From IMG/VR virus record IMGVR_UViG_3300036803_000078, positions 1 to 44,894 of that record: DNA of 44,894 nucleotides. The stretch is one strand, 5' to 3'. This DNA comes from a virus (taxonomy: Duplodnaviria > Caudoviricetes). Positions 18,326 through 26,662 of this stretch are shown piece by piece (within the stretch, counting starts at the first letter, position 1; each line of letters starts with the position of its first letter). Both the position numbers and the translations under genes were made by a program. Under the pieces are notes generated by a model. It was not told where the DNA came from. It saw only the letters and a program-made list of their open reading frames with translations, and ran no database searches.

Positions 18326-19735
18326 ATGGGCTGGCAGGACGATTCCACTCCGGTGCTGCCGACAGATGCGGGCGCAAAGTCGTCTACGGCGACTGACCAG
18401 CCCGGCTTCTGGTCAAATCAGCTCGGACCGCTGGCGCCAGTGTTCGGCCTGCCAAAGCCGAAGATGTCGCCGCCAATGACCGTCGGAACGATCCTCGATA
18501 TCGGCCGTCGCGCCGCCGATCAGGTTCCGTTCGTCGGCAATTATCTCGATGAACAAGGCGCTCAAGAGCGGCTTAAGGGCACCGCCTATGAGGGCGCCGG
18601 CGAGGCGCTCGGCATGGCGGCGACCGCTGCGGGCGCGGAGGCGGTCGGAGCTGGGCGGTACATCGCCTCGAAAGCCGGTCCCTTGATCAGTAAAGTCATT
18701 CCCAATCAGAGGATAGCTGATTTCCTGGCCGGGCGCGTAGGCGGCGCGGCCGAGCAAGGCACGATCGCCGCAACTGGCTCAGCCGGTCATGGCGGCAGCG
18801 CCAGCGACGACCTCAAGGCTGGATTGATTGGCGCGGTGACCGGCGCGGCGACCGGCCCGGGCGGCTCGAAGACGACGCCTGTAACCCCGCCGACCAGCGA
18901 TCTCGAGCAATTGAACAAGACAGCCTGGACTAAAGCCGAGAACACCCCGGTCAACCCGCAGGCGGTCGCCAATCAACTTGGTTGGACGAAACAGAACCTG
19001 ACGCCGGGCGAGAGAACGGTGATGAGCGGCGGTCTAGGCACAGCGGTCAACAAGGCCGGTAGGGAGGCGCTCAACAGCAAATCGATGAGCGCCGACGACG
19101 TGTCGAAGTTTCAAGATGCGCTGTGGAACGCCGCGCGCAACGACGTCGGCCTGTGGCGCAGCCCGGCTGACCAGATGCTCGCTTCCAAGTTCTCCGGCGC
19201 GCTCGACACTGCGCTCGGGCCCGCCCTGCCGGTGGTTCAGGAGGCGAACAAGGCGACCGGCGCGATGAAAACCGGCAAAGAGATCGACAACTGGCTAACC
19301 AATCCCAGCGCCGCGCCGAAGCAGATCCAAGGGGCGCTCGCCAAGGATCCGGATTTCTACAACCATCAGCCGGGGCTACGTGAGCAGTTGACCAACATCG
19401 CCGCCAAAGCCAAACCAGACCCGAGTGTCAGCCAGGCGGTTGGCAGCGAGATCGCCAAGCGTCTGACCGGCGCCGCAATCGGGACTGGGGCCAGTTATGC
19501 CTTCGGGGGCGGTTTGCCGGGAGATCTCGCCGGCGCAGCGGTCGGCGCTGCAATCCCGAGCGCCGTTTCGAAGTTTAAGACCAACCAGATTCGCAACAGC
19601 CTGCTCGCCGCCAAGCACCTCAACGCCACCGGCCTGAAGCTCGACCCGAGCGAATTCGGCTCTGGAACGGTGCAGTCAGGGCTAGATTTGTTGCGTCAGG
19701 GCGCCTACGGGGCCGGCGCGGCCGGGAAGTTCTAG
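18326..19735 (+). CDS. Putative DNA ejection protein (last late gene)
   Basis: Starts MGWQD; Gly/Ala-rich with glycine-zipper-like segments. Confidence 0.65.
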   Translation: MGWQDDSTPVLPTDAGAKSSTATDQPGFWSNQLGPLAPVFGLPKPKMSPPMTVGTILDIGRRAADQVPFVGNYLDEQGAQERLKGTAYEGAGEALGMAATAAGAEAVGAGRYIASKAGPLISKVIPNQRIADFLAGRVGGAAEQGTIAATGSAGHGGSASDDLKAGLIGAVTGAATGPGGSKTTPVTPPTSDLEQLNKTAWTKAENTPVNPQAVANQLGWTKQNLTPGERTVMSGGLGTAVNKAGREALNSKSMSADDVSKFQDALWNAARNDVGLWRSPADQMLASKFSGALDTALGPALPVVQEANKATGAMKTGKEIDNWLTNPSAAPKQIQGALAKDPDFYNHQPGLREQLTNIAAKAKPDPSVSQAVGSEIAKRLTGAAIGTGASYAFGGGLPGDLAGAAVGAAIPSAVSKFKTNQIRNSLLAAKHLNATGLKLDPSEFGSGTVQSGLDLLRQGAYGAGAAGKF

Positions 19736-19836
19736 TTATCCCACAGCCCAAGCTTCTCGCCGAGAACAGTGACGCAGAGAGAAGCGATAGCGGCCACCGG
19801 GAGAACAACGAGCACGACGTAGAGAAACTGATCCAT
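19732..19836 (-). CDS. Small single-TM peptide (34 aa)
   Basis: MDQFLYVVLVVLPVAAIASLCVTVLGEKLGLWDN with AAGGA upstream. Confidence 0.4.
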   Translation of the reverse strand: MDQFLYVVLVVLPVAAIASLCVTVLGEKLGLWDN

Positions 19837-19857
19837 TTTTGGCATTCCTTTAAAGAG

Positions 19858-19882
19858 CGGGAGGGCGACAATCGCCCTCCCT
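19858..19882. terminator. GC-rich hairpin near the convergence of the two transcription arms
   Basis: gggagggcga-caa-tcgccctccc. Confidence 0.45.
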
Positions 19883-19951
19883 AGCGTTGGCCCGACACGA
19901 TCTTCCGGAGAAAATCTTTGGTTCGGGGGGTGGAACCTCAAGCCAGCGCGT

Positions 19952-20128
19952 TCATGGTTTCCCACCGCGCCCATTGGGAATGAAGACGCCATCAATCTCG
20001 CAAGGCAGGTCGGGATCGTCCATCAATTGTCTGATTGCCTGTTTGAGACTAGCGTCTTGGCGACGGCGAACTGCGGGAATCAGTCGCAAGAGCCGTTGCC
20101 AAAACGTGCGTTGTTTTAGGTAAATCAT
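19952..20128 (-). CDS. Hypothetical protein (58 aa, not in the ORF track)
   Basis: Hand translation MIYLKQRTFWQRLLRLIPAVRRRQDASLKQAIRQLMDDPDLPCEIDGVFIPNGRGGKP; ATGA overlap with a 32-aa hydrophobic ORF at 20125-20223. Confidence 0.5.
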   Translation of the reverse strand: MIYLKQRTFWQRLLRLIPAVRRRQDASLKQAIRQLMDDPDLPCEIDGVFIPNGRGGKP

Positions 20129-20203
20129 TCACGAAGCACCGCGACCCAGCCGGTGAAAATCAAAACGCCGCCCGGGGCCGCAAGCACCAACCAGCCAACG
20201 AAG

Positions 20204-20998
20204 CTACCCGTTAGCCGCCACATGATCAGCGAAAGTATGCAGGCGAGCGTGCCGTTGACGAGAAGTCCGCGCGCCATAGCCGATCCCCATAATGGCGAAG
20301 CCTAACGCCATCATAACCCAAGTTTGCGTTTCTGGGATCACCGCGATCGCGCCTGGAACCGAGAATTCGATCTGCTTGAACTCATTCCACGCGCCGCCGT
20401 CGCCCGTCACCGAGACGATCACAGATCTAACCAAGACGCCGGGATCGACCAGCTCGTCGAAGCCGAGCACGCCGAAGTCCCGGCCGTTGGTGTTAAGGCC
20501 AGTGAAGGTATGAGACGCCGTCGTGCCGTCAGCGAAGTTGACGGTCAAATCAAGATGACCGTTGTAAGCGCCAAGATTATCGATCTGACCCCTGAACAAC
20601 TCGCCATCGAAACCGACGAACGGCGTGCCGTCTGGCAAGGTCGTCGAAGGCCCAGGCGAGAACCGATACGCGGTCAGCGTATTGGTGAGCTTGCCTGCGT
20701 CCACGCTCTTGAAGTTAGCGAACCCCGAACCGTCCGTTTCAAAGTCAGAGTTAGCCACCGACACGATATTGTCGAACGCCTGGTCGTTAGATCCCAAACT
20801 GCCGTCGATGGTCTGGGTTGTCGTCCGGGTTTTGTCGACGAACATCTTAATGTCGTCGCCATCATTCGCCTGATTATCGGACGAACAACCGGAGATCCAG
20901 ACGATGTTGCCGACCGTAATATTGCCTGAACAGGTGGCGAATGCCGGGGTTGCCCCAAGCGCCGCGAGTATGGTAGTAGCCAAAAACAAGCTTTTCAT
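20204..20998 (-). CDS. Secreted PEP-CTERM (PEPxxWA-type) sorting-domain protein 1
   Basis: Signal peptide MKSLFLATTILAALGATPAFA; acidic Thr/Gly/Asp-rich body; C-terminal IPETQTWVMMALGFAIMGIGY plus basic tail; GAGGAG RBS. Confidence 0.85.
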   Translation of the reverse strand: MKSLFLATTILAALGATPAFATCSGNITVGNIVWISGCSSDNQANDGDDIKMFVDKTRTTTQTIDGSLGSNDQAFDNIVSVANSDFETDGSGFANFKSVDAGKLTNTLTAYRFSPGPSTTLPDGTPFVGFDGELFRGQIDNLGAYNGHLDLTVNFADGTTASHTFTGLNTNGRDFGVLGFDELVDPGVLVRSVIVSVTGDGGAWNEFKQIEFSVPGAIAVIPETQTWVMMALGFAIMGIGYGARTSRQRHARLHTFADHVAANG

Positions 20999-21019
20999 GA
21001 TTTCTTCTCCTCAAGGTGG

Positions 21020-21050
21020 GGGCCGCGCCAATCGCGGCCCTTCTTTTTTT
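21020..21050 (+). terminator. Intrinsic terminator oriented on the + strand between the two PEP-CTERM genes
   Basis: gggccgcg-ccaat-cgcggccc followed by ttcttttttt. Confidence 0.7.
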
Positions 21051-21773
21051 CTAGATCGTCGCCAAACGCGAATTACGCTTACGCTTTACGCCAAACAGAG
21101 CCATCGCCCCGAAGCCAAGCGCCATCATCGCCCAGGTGCGCGGCTCGGGGATGGCGTTCAGTGTCTGCATGTTCTGATCAAACCCAGTGATCGAGCCGCC
21201 AGCGATCAGATGAAGCGAGGCGCCCTCGGTCATCGAGAATGGACCGGACGCGCTGAAGGCCGAGAGCTTGGTGCCGGAGAACGAGTCGGGATCGGTCGTC
21301 GGCGTGCCGGTGACCGTATCGAGCAGCGTGCCAGGGGTGTTGAGCGGATTGGCCCCCTGCGCGTTGTTCGGATCGGCCCAGAATTGGACCGAGGACGGCC
21401 CAGAGCCAATAGCGTTGTTGAAGGTGAGCGAACCGCTCTCCTGAACGTCGGTCACCGGCCCGGCGAAATTGGTGTCCGAGGCGAGCAGGGTGATGGTGAT
21501 TGGAGCGCCGCTCTGGTTGACGATCTGATTACTCGAAAGCTGCAACACGTCAGGAGCGCCAAAGGTTGACGTGGCGAGCGCGATCTCGACGAACGCCCCA
21601 CCGACTGTGGTGTTAATCGTCAGTAGATTGTTCGCCCCACCTGATTGGTCACACCCAAGCTGACCGTCAAAACAACTGAACGTCGAGCCGTTGGCGTTGA
21701 TGCTCAGCTGCAACCTTGCCTCCGCGGGCGCTGCGAACGCCAGGAGAGCCGTCGTTAAAAGAAGCTTATGCAT
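21051..21773 (-). CDS. Secreted PEP-CTERM (PEPxxWA-type) sorting-domain protein 2
   Basis: Signal peptide MHKLLLTTALLAFAAPAEA; Ser/Thr/Gly-rich body; C-terminal IPEPRTWAMMALGFGAMALFGVKRKR. Confidence 0.9.
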   Translation of the reverse strand: MHKLLLTTALLAFAAPAEARLQLSINANGSTFSCFDGQLGCDQSGGANNLLTINTTVGGAFVEIALATSTFGAPDVLQLSSNQIVNQSGAPITITLLASDTNFAGPVTDVQESGSLTFNNAIGSGPSSVQFWADPNNAQGANPLNTPGTLLDTVTGTPTTDPDSFSGTKLSAFSASGPFSMTEGASLHLIAGGSITGFDQNMQTLNAIPEPRTWAMMALGFGAMALFGVKRKRNSRLATI

Positions 21774-21860
21774 GATATCCCTCGCTTGCCGATTCCACAG
21801 TTATAACACATGCTCAACGGGTGTGGTAGATCTTTGCGCTCCCCTCTGCCCTATGATATA

Positions 21861-21980
21861 GGGGAGCCCTGGACATCAGGGGTTCCAAAGACCCCCTCCG
21901 GTTCGCAACCTCCGCTCATTCGGCACAGTCCGAGTGGACCCATACCGGGAGCCCCAAGCTCCCGGTATTCATTGTTTTTT
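21861..21980. ncRNA. Candidate structured small RNA or leader upstream of the PEP-CTERM genes
   Basis: Four consecutive hairpins, the last an 11-bp perfect stem (21942-21968) followed by a T-run. Two CCTCC motifs. No convincing ORF. Confidence 0.35.
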
Positions 21981-22232
21981 CCTCTCCCGATATTCGCCAA
22001 TCATTTTAGAAGCAAAGATGACCTGCGGATCCCCAGCGATCTCCACCACCTCTTCGCTTGTCAGTTGGCGCAAGACAAGATTGTCGCCGAAGGCCTGGAT
22101 ATGTCCACAGTCAAAACACATGGATATGTCACCCGGTTGCGGCCCGCGACCGCCGCCGACCGGCGCGGCGCCGGTTAGATCTTCGCCACAGTTCAGGCAC
22201 TTCGAGCCGGGAACGCGATAGTTGTCACGCAT
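21969..22232 (-). CDS. Small Zn-ribbon protein
   Basis: CLNCG...CFDCG; overlaps the helicase stop. Confidence 0.65.
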   Translation of the reverse strand: MRDNYRVPGSKCLNCGEDLTGAAPVGGGRGPQPGDISMCFDCGHIQAFGDNLVLRQLTSEEVVEIAGDPQVIFASKMIGEYRERKKQ

Positions 22233-23640
22233 CTTCCGGCACCGCGGCGCGCAGGTTCTTGAACACAGATCTGTAAAGCGCATCCTTGCGTTGCAGCGCC
22301 TGGCAAATCCGCCGGTCGAGGTCGCTTGCCGACAGGTCGATGTAAAGCACCCGCTCGCCGGTCTGGCCGCGGCGATGGATCCGGTCTTCGATCTGGTCGC
22401 GGGTGTCGGCCGAGTACGAGTTTTCGAAGAAGATCATAGTGCGACAGAGATCGTCTGGCCCAGGCCCGCCCAATAGGGTATGGCCGTATTTAGAAGCCTC
22501 AGCTTGCAGAAGAATGACGCGGCAGCTGGGGTCGGTATTGAACCGGGCCTTTTGTGCTTCGACGTCGTCCGGTTTCATCCCTCCGCGGATCCAGGCAGGA
22601 TCGTACTCAGCCAGCGTCTCCACCAGTACGTTGAAGATAGGTCGATGTCGGTAGACAACGCAGCACTTGCCTTCGACCTCCTCCTCCAGCAATTGCTTAA
22701 GCAGGTTGAGCCGGGGGTTGTCGCAGTGTTCGACCAGTTGGTGAACGGATCCAGTCTCGTCGTATATGAAACCTGTCTGAATCTGGGCCAGCTTCGCATA
22801 TTTAGCGATAGCGATGTCTACCGTGACGTAGTTTCCATGTTCGATCTCTAGGAGAAAGTGCTCTTCCATCGAATCGTATTGCGCCGCCTGCTCCTTCGAC
22901 ATTTTGTAATCACGGATGGTCGCATCCTTGCGCGGCAGTTCGGGCAACCAGTCTTTCTTCTTCGCTTGGAATACCCATGGCGACATCAGCCTGGCGAGAT
23001 CTTCGGTGTTCTTCGCCCGAACCACTTCCTTCATCATCCAGCCGCCCATCTGGCAGAAGTAGCCGCGAAAGGCGTAGAAGTTCATGTCCTGCACCAGCCC
23101 GATGGCGCGCAATTGCCCCCACAAATCGTGCGGTCCTTGGGTTTGAGGCCGGCCGGTCAGCAAGCGAACCCAGGCGCACAGCGGCGCGAGCTTGAGCACC
23201 GCCTTGGTTTGGGCGCTGCGGTTGCCTTTGATTTGAATGCTCTCGTCGATGACGAAGTAGGTCTTGCCGCGCTGCGCCCACGCACACATCGCCTTGAGCA
23301 CGTTAGGGAGCCGGAGCGCCTCGTAGTTCAGGACGAACACTGGTGGCCGATTGCGCTGGCGGATATTTATGAATTTCCCAGCATCCTTCTTTTTTGAGGA
23401 TCTGAAGATGTGCCAATCGAAATCGAAGCCATGCTTCTCGATTTCGTCGATCCAGCCCCTTTTGAAGCTATTTGGGCACACGATCACCATTCGATCCGCT
23501 TCGCCAAGATTGCTGTACCAAGAGTACTCGGCGAGCGCGGTCAGGCTCTTGCCGAGCCCCTGCTCGAGGAACCAACCAACCCCGCGCTTGTCACGGGCAA
23601 AGTCGAGTGCGGCGAGCTGGACGGGATCGAGGGCGCTCAT
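22225..23640 (-). CDS. SNF2-like (SF2) helicase
   Basis: EQGLGKS (motif I), VIDES (II), LLTGRP (III), QIEDRIHRRGQ (VI). Confidence 0.92.
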   Translation of the reverse strand: MSALDPVQLAALDFARDKRGVGWFLEQGLGKSLTALAEYSWYSNLGEADRMVIVCPNSFKRGWIDEIEKHGFDFDWHIFRSSKKKDAGKFINIRQRNRPPVFVLNYEALRLPNVLKAMCAWAQRGKTYFVIDESIQIKGNRSAQTKAVLKLAPLCAWVRLLTGRPQTQGPHDLWGQLRAIGLVQDMNFYAFRGYFCQMGGWMMKEVVRAKNTEDLARLMSPWVFQAKKKDWLPELPRKDATIRDYKMSKEQAAQYDSMEEHFLLEIEHGNYVTVDIAIAKYAKLAQIQTGFIYDETGSVHQLVEHCDNPRLNLLKQLLEEEVEGKCCVVYRHRPIFNVLVETLAEYDPAWIRGGMKPDDVEAQKARFNTDPSCRVILLQAEASKYGHTLLGGPGPDDLCRTMIFFENSYSADTRDQIEDRIHRRGQTGERVLYIDLSASDLDRRICQALQRKDALYRSVFKNLRAAVPEDA

Positions 23641-23951
23641 CGCTTTTTCGTCTTTGACAACTCGGCAACAATAGAAAGATAGGTTTTGTTGTTCTTGGCC
23701 CAGTGAACGACGCAATCCACACCCTGTTCTTCCGAAAATACCTTGGTCAACTCTAGTGATGATCGGCCCTGAAAACCATTCGTTGGGCGATTAACTTGAA
23801 CTATTAAGGTTTTCCCATCGCCTATGATTTTTTCTAGCTTCTCTGGATCTGGTAGATTTTGGTAATCACGTTTGCCATTAAAGGCGACGGTTTTCACCAT
23901 TTTCTCTCCGATTTGTATTGAGAAAATACGAAAATCAACGTTGGCCATCAT
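23637..23951 (-). CDS. Hypothetical protein, markedly AT-rich
   Basis: 104 aa, coupled to its neighbours; visibly low GC compared with the genome. Confidence 0.6.
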   Translation of the reverse strand: MMANVDFRIFSIQIGEKMVKTVAFNGKRDYQNLPDPEKLEKIIGDGKTLIVQVNRPTNGFQGRSSLELTKVFSEEQGVDCVVHWAKNNKTYLSIVAELSKTKKR

Positions 23952-24233
23952 TCAGCAATCATTCACAGTGTGGGTGACGTACCGCATCGCCTCGGCGAAG
24001 CGCGGCTCGAAGTTCTCGGCGACTGGATGGGCGGCGAAGCTAGCAATGATCTCATGCCCGCACGCGCGGCATTCATAGAGATCGGCCATCCACACCTTGT
24101 AAGGCTTCCAGGCGGTCGGATCGATCGTCCCAGGCTCAGCCGCCGTTTCCACCGGCATTTGCTCGTTGACGACGACCCCGTTTTTCTTTGGCCGGTAGAA
24201 CGTCTGGCACTTCACGCAAATTGGCTTTGGCAT
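23952..24233 (-). CDS. Zn-ribbon protein
   Basis: CVKC...ADLYECRACG; GAGG RBS. Confidence 0.7.
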   Translation of the reverse strand: MPKPICVKCQTFYRPKKNGVVVNEQMPVETAAEPGTIDPTAWKPYKVWMADLYECRACGHEIIASFAAHPVAENFEPRFAEAMRYVTHTVNDC

Positions 24234-24423
24234 TCTTCCTCACTCGAAAAGCCCTTCGCAGTTTCTCCAGAGCGGCTCGTTCTTCTTCGAGCTTCTCTTT
24301 CTCCCAGGCGAAGCGATCTCGCTCCATCTGCTCCTGCGCGCCGCACTGGAAGGCGAGGAACTTGTCTTCGAGCGTCTTCACGCGCGCCGCGAGCGCGAGG
24401 TGGCGCACCCTGCTCTTCTTCAT
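24136..24423 (-). CDS. Hypothetical coiled-coil protein
   Basis: ATGA overlap with the upstream gene; charged helical sequence. Confidence 0.5.
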   Translation of the reverse strand: MKKSRVRHLALAARVKTLEDKFLAFQCGAQEQMERDRFAWEKEKLEEERAALEKLRRAFRVRKNAKANLREVPDVLPAKEKRGRRQRANAGGNGG

Positions 24424-24788
24424 ACGAACACCTTGGGCGGCAGGGTGATCTCGTAGTCCAGCGGACGCCAGAGATGGAGCACGTAGGGGTGGATCGAGAT
24501 GTGGTCGTCCACGGCGACGTGGAGCTGTATCGCGACCTCATTGTCCTTGAAGAACGTCCGCTTGGCGTATTCCATCTCGGCCCACGTCGGCGTGCGCTGG
24601 CTGCGCTCGAGGCTGACTGAAAGGTGATCCCAGCCGTTGCCGGAGGCGGCGAGGCACTTCAGCCGGTCGCCGACCAGAGGATAGGGGATCATAAACACGC
24701 CGGCGCTGTCGTCGCCGTAGCTCCCAAACCGCCGCAGGATGTCAGGCGTCTTGATGCGGAAGGCGTCGAGCTCGTTCAAATCACGCAT
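24420..24788 (-). CDS. Conserved phage protein (DUF7694-like)
   Basis: GWDHLSVS....TPTW.EM...K..FF..E..Q.H.....I.IHP.VLHLWRP. Confidence 0.75.
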   Translation of the reverse strand: MRDLNELDAFRIKTPDILRRFGSYGDDSAGVFMIPYPLVGDRLKCLAASGNGWDHLSVSLERSQRTPTWAEMEYAKRTFFKDNEVAIQLHVAVDDHISIHPYVLHLWRPLDYEITLPPKVFV

Positions 24789-25128
24789 CGGGCTCTTCCG
24801 GCGCGCGCAGGATCATTGTAGACGTCGTCCGTGACGGGACAGGGGTCCGCATGCGCTCGGCGGCGATCGCGACGATGTCGCGTTCCAGCGATGGCTTGTT
24901 GATGACGGCGCCGCGCAGCATCATGTATTGGGCGATGCGGTTCCAATGCCCTGTGTCGTTCGGATCGCCGTTGAGAATGCGGGCGATCGACGTCGCCGTC
25001 TGCTCGAGCGCCTCCTTGGCGTCGTTCGACAAGCCTTCCCAGTTCTTGCCGCGGCGAAACGCGGTCTTCAGGATCTGGGCAAACGCCGCCGTCTCCTCAA
25101 AATTCCCGTTTGTTTGTTTTACGTCCAT
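24781..25128 (-). CDS. DUF6378-like conserved phage protein
   Basis: GNF...A...Q.LK..W..L....KEALE.....IARILNGDP....HW..IAQY. Confidence 0.65.
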   Translation of the reverse strand: MDVKQTNGNFEETAAFAQILKTAFRRGKNWEGLSNDAKEALEQTATSIARILNGDPNDTGHWNRIAQYMMLRGAVINKPSLERDIVAIAAERMRTPVPSRTTSTMILRAPEEPDA

Positions 25129-25484
25129 CCTTTGAGAAACTCCTGCAGGATTGGCAGATTTGGTCCCGTGCCGTGAAAACAATCGTCGCAGTGAGCTTTT
25201 CGAACCCACGGCGAAATGAACATTGTCTTGTTCTTCCAGCCGATTAAGATAGCCGGCATGCCGGCGGCGATAATCCGCCGGCCTTCTTCGTATTGACGAG
25301 GGGTAGGGGCGAAGACCAGGCCCTCGACGATCTTGCCTTCGCCCCATACAAGCGGGTGGCCGGGAAGCTTCATCACCAGATCAAGCAACCCAACTGCCCA
25401 CTTGTCCTCCCACCGACGCGCATATCCTCCCGACAGCGCGTTGATCGCGATAACCAGATTGGCTTTGCGTCGGGCTTCATTCAC
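25119..25484 (-). CDS. PD-(D/E)XK nuclease / Holliday-junction-resolvase-like protein
   Basis: NE start, R.ED...G..D, W.EGK and TPRQ motifs; GTGA overlap. Confidence 0.6.
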   Translation of the reverse strand: MNEARRKANLVIAINALSGGYARRWEDKWAVGLLDLVMKLPGHPLVWGEGKIVEGLVFAPTPRQYEEGRRIIAAGMPAILIGWKNKTMFISPWVRKAHCDDCFHGTGPNLPILQEFLKGWT

Positions 25485-25687
25485 TGGAGCAGCGACGGCG
25501 CGATGAGGAACGTTGCGATCTCCTGACCGCATTGTCCGCATAGGACCGCCAGCGTCCCGTCTCCATTGTCATAAGACACGGCGAGACCGACGTTTGGATG
25601 ACAGGTTGAGACGAGAAACAACCGGTAATCAGGGTCCACGCAAGTGTCTCCCTTCAACGACTCCTGTGTTTGAAGCTCACGCATCAC
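25481..25687 (-). CDS. Small putative metal-binding protein
   Basis: CHP...CGQCG motif; coupled to its neighbours. Confidence 0.55.
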   Translation of the reverse strand: MMRELQTQESLKGDTCVDPDYRLFLVSTCHPNVGLAVSYDNGDGTLAVLCGQCGQEIATFLIAPSLLQ

Positions 25688-26055
25688 GCCGCCTGGGCCA
25701 GCCGATAGACGCCTTCCGATTCGCGCTCGATTTGCCGCGCCTTGGTCAAAGCCGCGATGCCGGTCGACAGCGAGCCCGGCGACATGCCGGCGTGCTCGAG
25801 GGCTTCCTTCAGCGCCTTGACGCTCTGCGGACCCTGGTCGAGCGCCCGCAGGACGGTGTTGTTGACCTTCGACCCGCGCCGCTGGCGGGCCTTGGCCGGC
25901 TTTTGCGCGGGTTGTTCATTCCATTGCGGCGCCGACGCTTCGCTTTCAGGCGCCACGGTGATCACCAGCTGACCAGCCACAGGTCCGACCGTGTCAACGA
26001 AGTGCAGAAACTGCGCTTTGTCTTTAAGCTGCAGGGTAACCGTATACTCACTCAT
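25684..26055 (-). CDS. Putative winged-HTH DNA-binding protein
   Basis: C-terminal VL.AL..GP.SV..L...L...G.S..S.S..I..L.....I.R...GVY.L pattern. Confidence 0.6.
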   Translation of the reverse strand: MSEYTVTLQLKDKAQFLHFVDTVGPVAGQLVITVAPESEASAPQWNEQPAQKPAKARQRRGSKVNNTVLRALDQGPQSVKALKEALEHAGMSPGSLSTGIAALTKARQIERESEGVYRLAQAA

Positions 26056-26264
26056 TTTTCCGTTCCTTGGTTTGGCACTTCGATTACGGAACCGTAGATC
26101 TCCAGAGCGCACCTCATCGCTCTGGAGGCCATCTGCAAATGGACCTTAATCCGCCGCGGATCGTCGATGTGCATGGCGATATCGCAATGCTCGATGACGA
26201 GCTCCAGCACCTCCCCCAACGTCAATGACCAAGCGAAGTTCAGATCTTCTGGAGCTGCTTCCAT
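26052..26264 (-). CDS. Hypothetical protein
   Basis: 70 aa, overlaps both neighbours in the operon. Confidence 0.5.
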   Translation of the reverse strand: MEAAPEDLNFAWSLTLGEVLELVIEHCDIAMHIDDPRRIKVHLQMASRAMRCALEIYGSVIEVPNQGTEK

Positions 26265-26662
26265 GCGTCAGCATGAGCCTCCGAGAGAGTGGCGAAGCGG
26301 CCGGAGAAGTCTGTGTTGTTGGTCACTTGGTTGGTCCTTAACCATCCCCATGTAGGACTCTTTTTGTGACGAAACAACACAAAATGATAGCCAATCCCTT
26401 TGTGCTTGGTGAGAATCCACGGATTGCCGGTTGCTTTGGCGGTGCGCCAAGAGCCGAGATCCATGAAACGGTATTTGTCGTATTCCGGCGATGTTTGCAT
26501 ACCCGCGTGCTGCGGATTGCTGGGTCGCCAGACCTGTTCCGGCTGGGCGAGCGGCTCTTTGGAATAGCGTGCGTAGGCGCGGCGCGCGATCTCCCGGGTG
26601 GCTGGATCGCCGCGGTGATCCTCGGCGAGCGCCTTGATCTTGGCCAGCTTGTCGGGGGTTAT
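26240..26662 (-). CDS. Hypothetical protein, probably ATA-initiated (140 aa)
   Basis: The frame of ORF 26240-26500 stays open to 26665 (ITPDKLAKIKALAEDHRGDPATREIARRAY...). GGAGGTG lies just upstream of the ATA at 26662. Confidence 0.55.
   Translation of the reverse strand: MTPDKLAKIKALAEDHRGDPATREIARRAYARYSKEPLAQPEQVWRPSNPQHAGMQTSPEYDKYRFMDLGSWRTAKATGNPWILTKHKGIGYHFVLFRHKKSPTWGWLRTNQVTNNTDFSGRFATLSEAHADAWKQLQKI

Noticed and set aside
870-19618. Many long alternative-frame and antisense ORFs (e.g. 16810-17940 -, 10682-11515 -, 870-1412 +)
   Set aside because: These are shadow ORFs expected from GC-rich codon bias. They fully overlap well-supported genes and have no motifs or RBS.
21774-21830. 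Sigma54/PrsR-type promoter typical of chromosomal PEP-CTERM genes
   Set aside because: No TGGCAC-N5-TTGC match; only a sigma70-like extended -10 is visible.
24781-25128. DUF6378-like gene as part of the DNA-modification pathway
   Set aside because: It is far from dpdA and no sequence evidence links the two.
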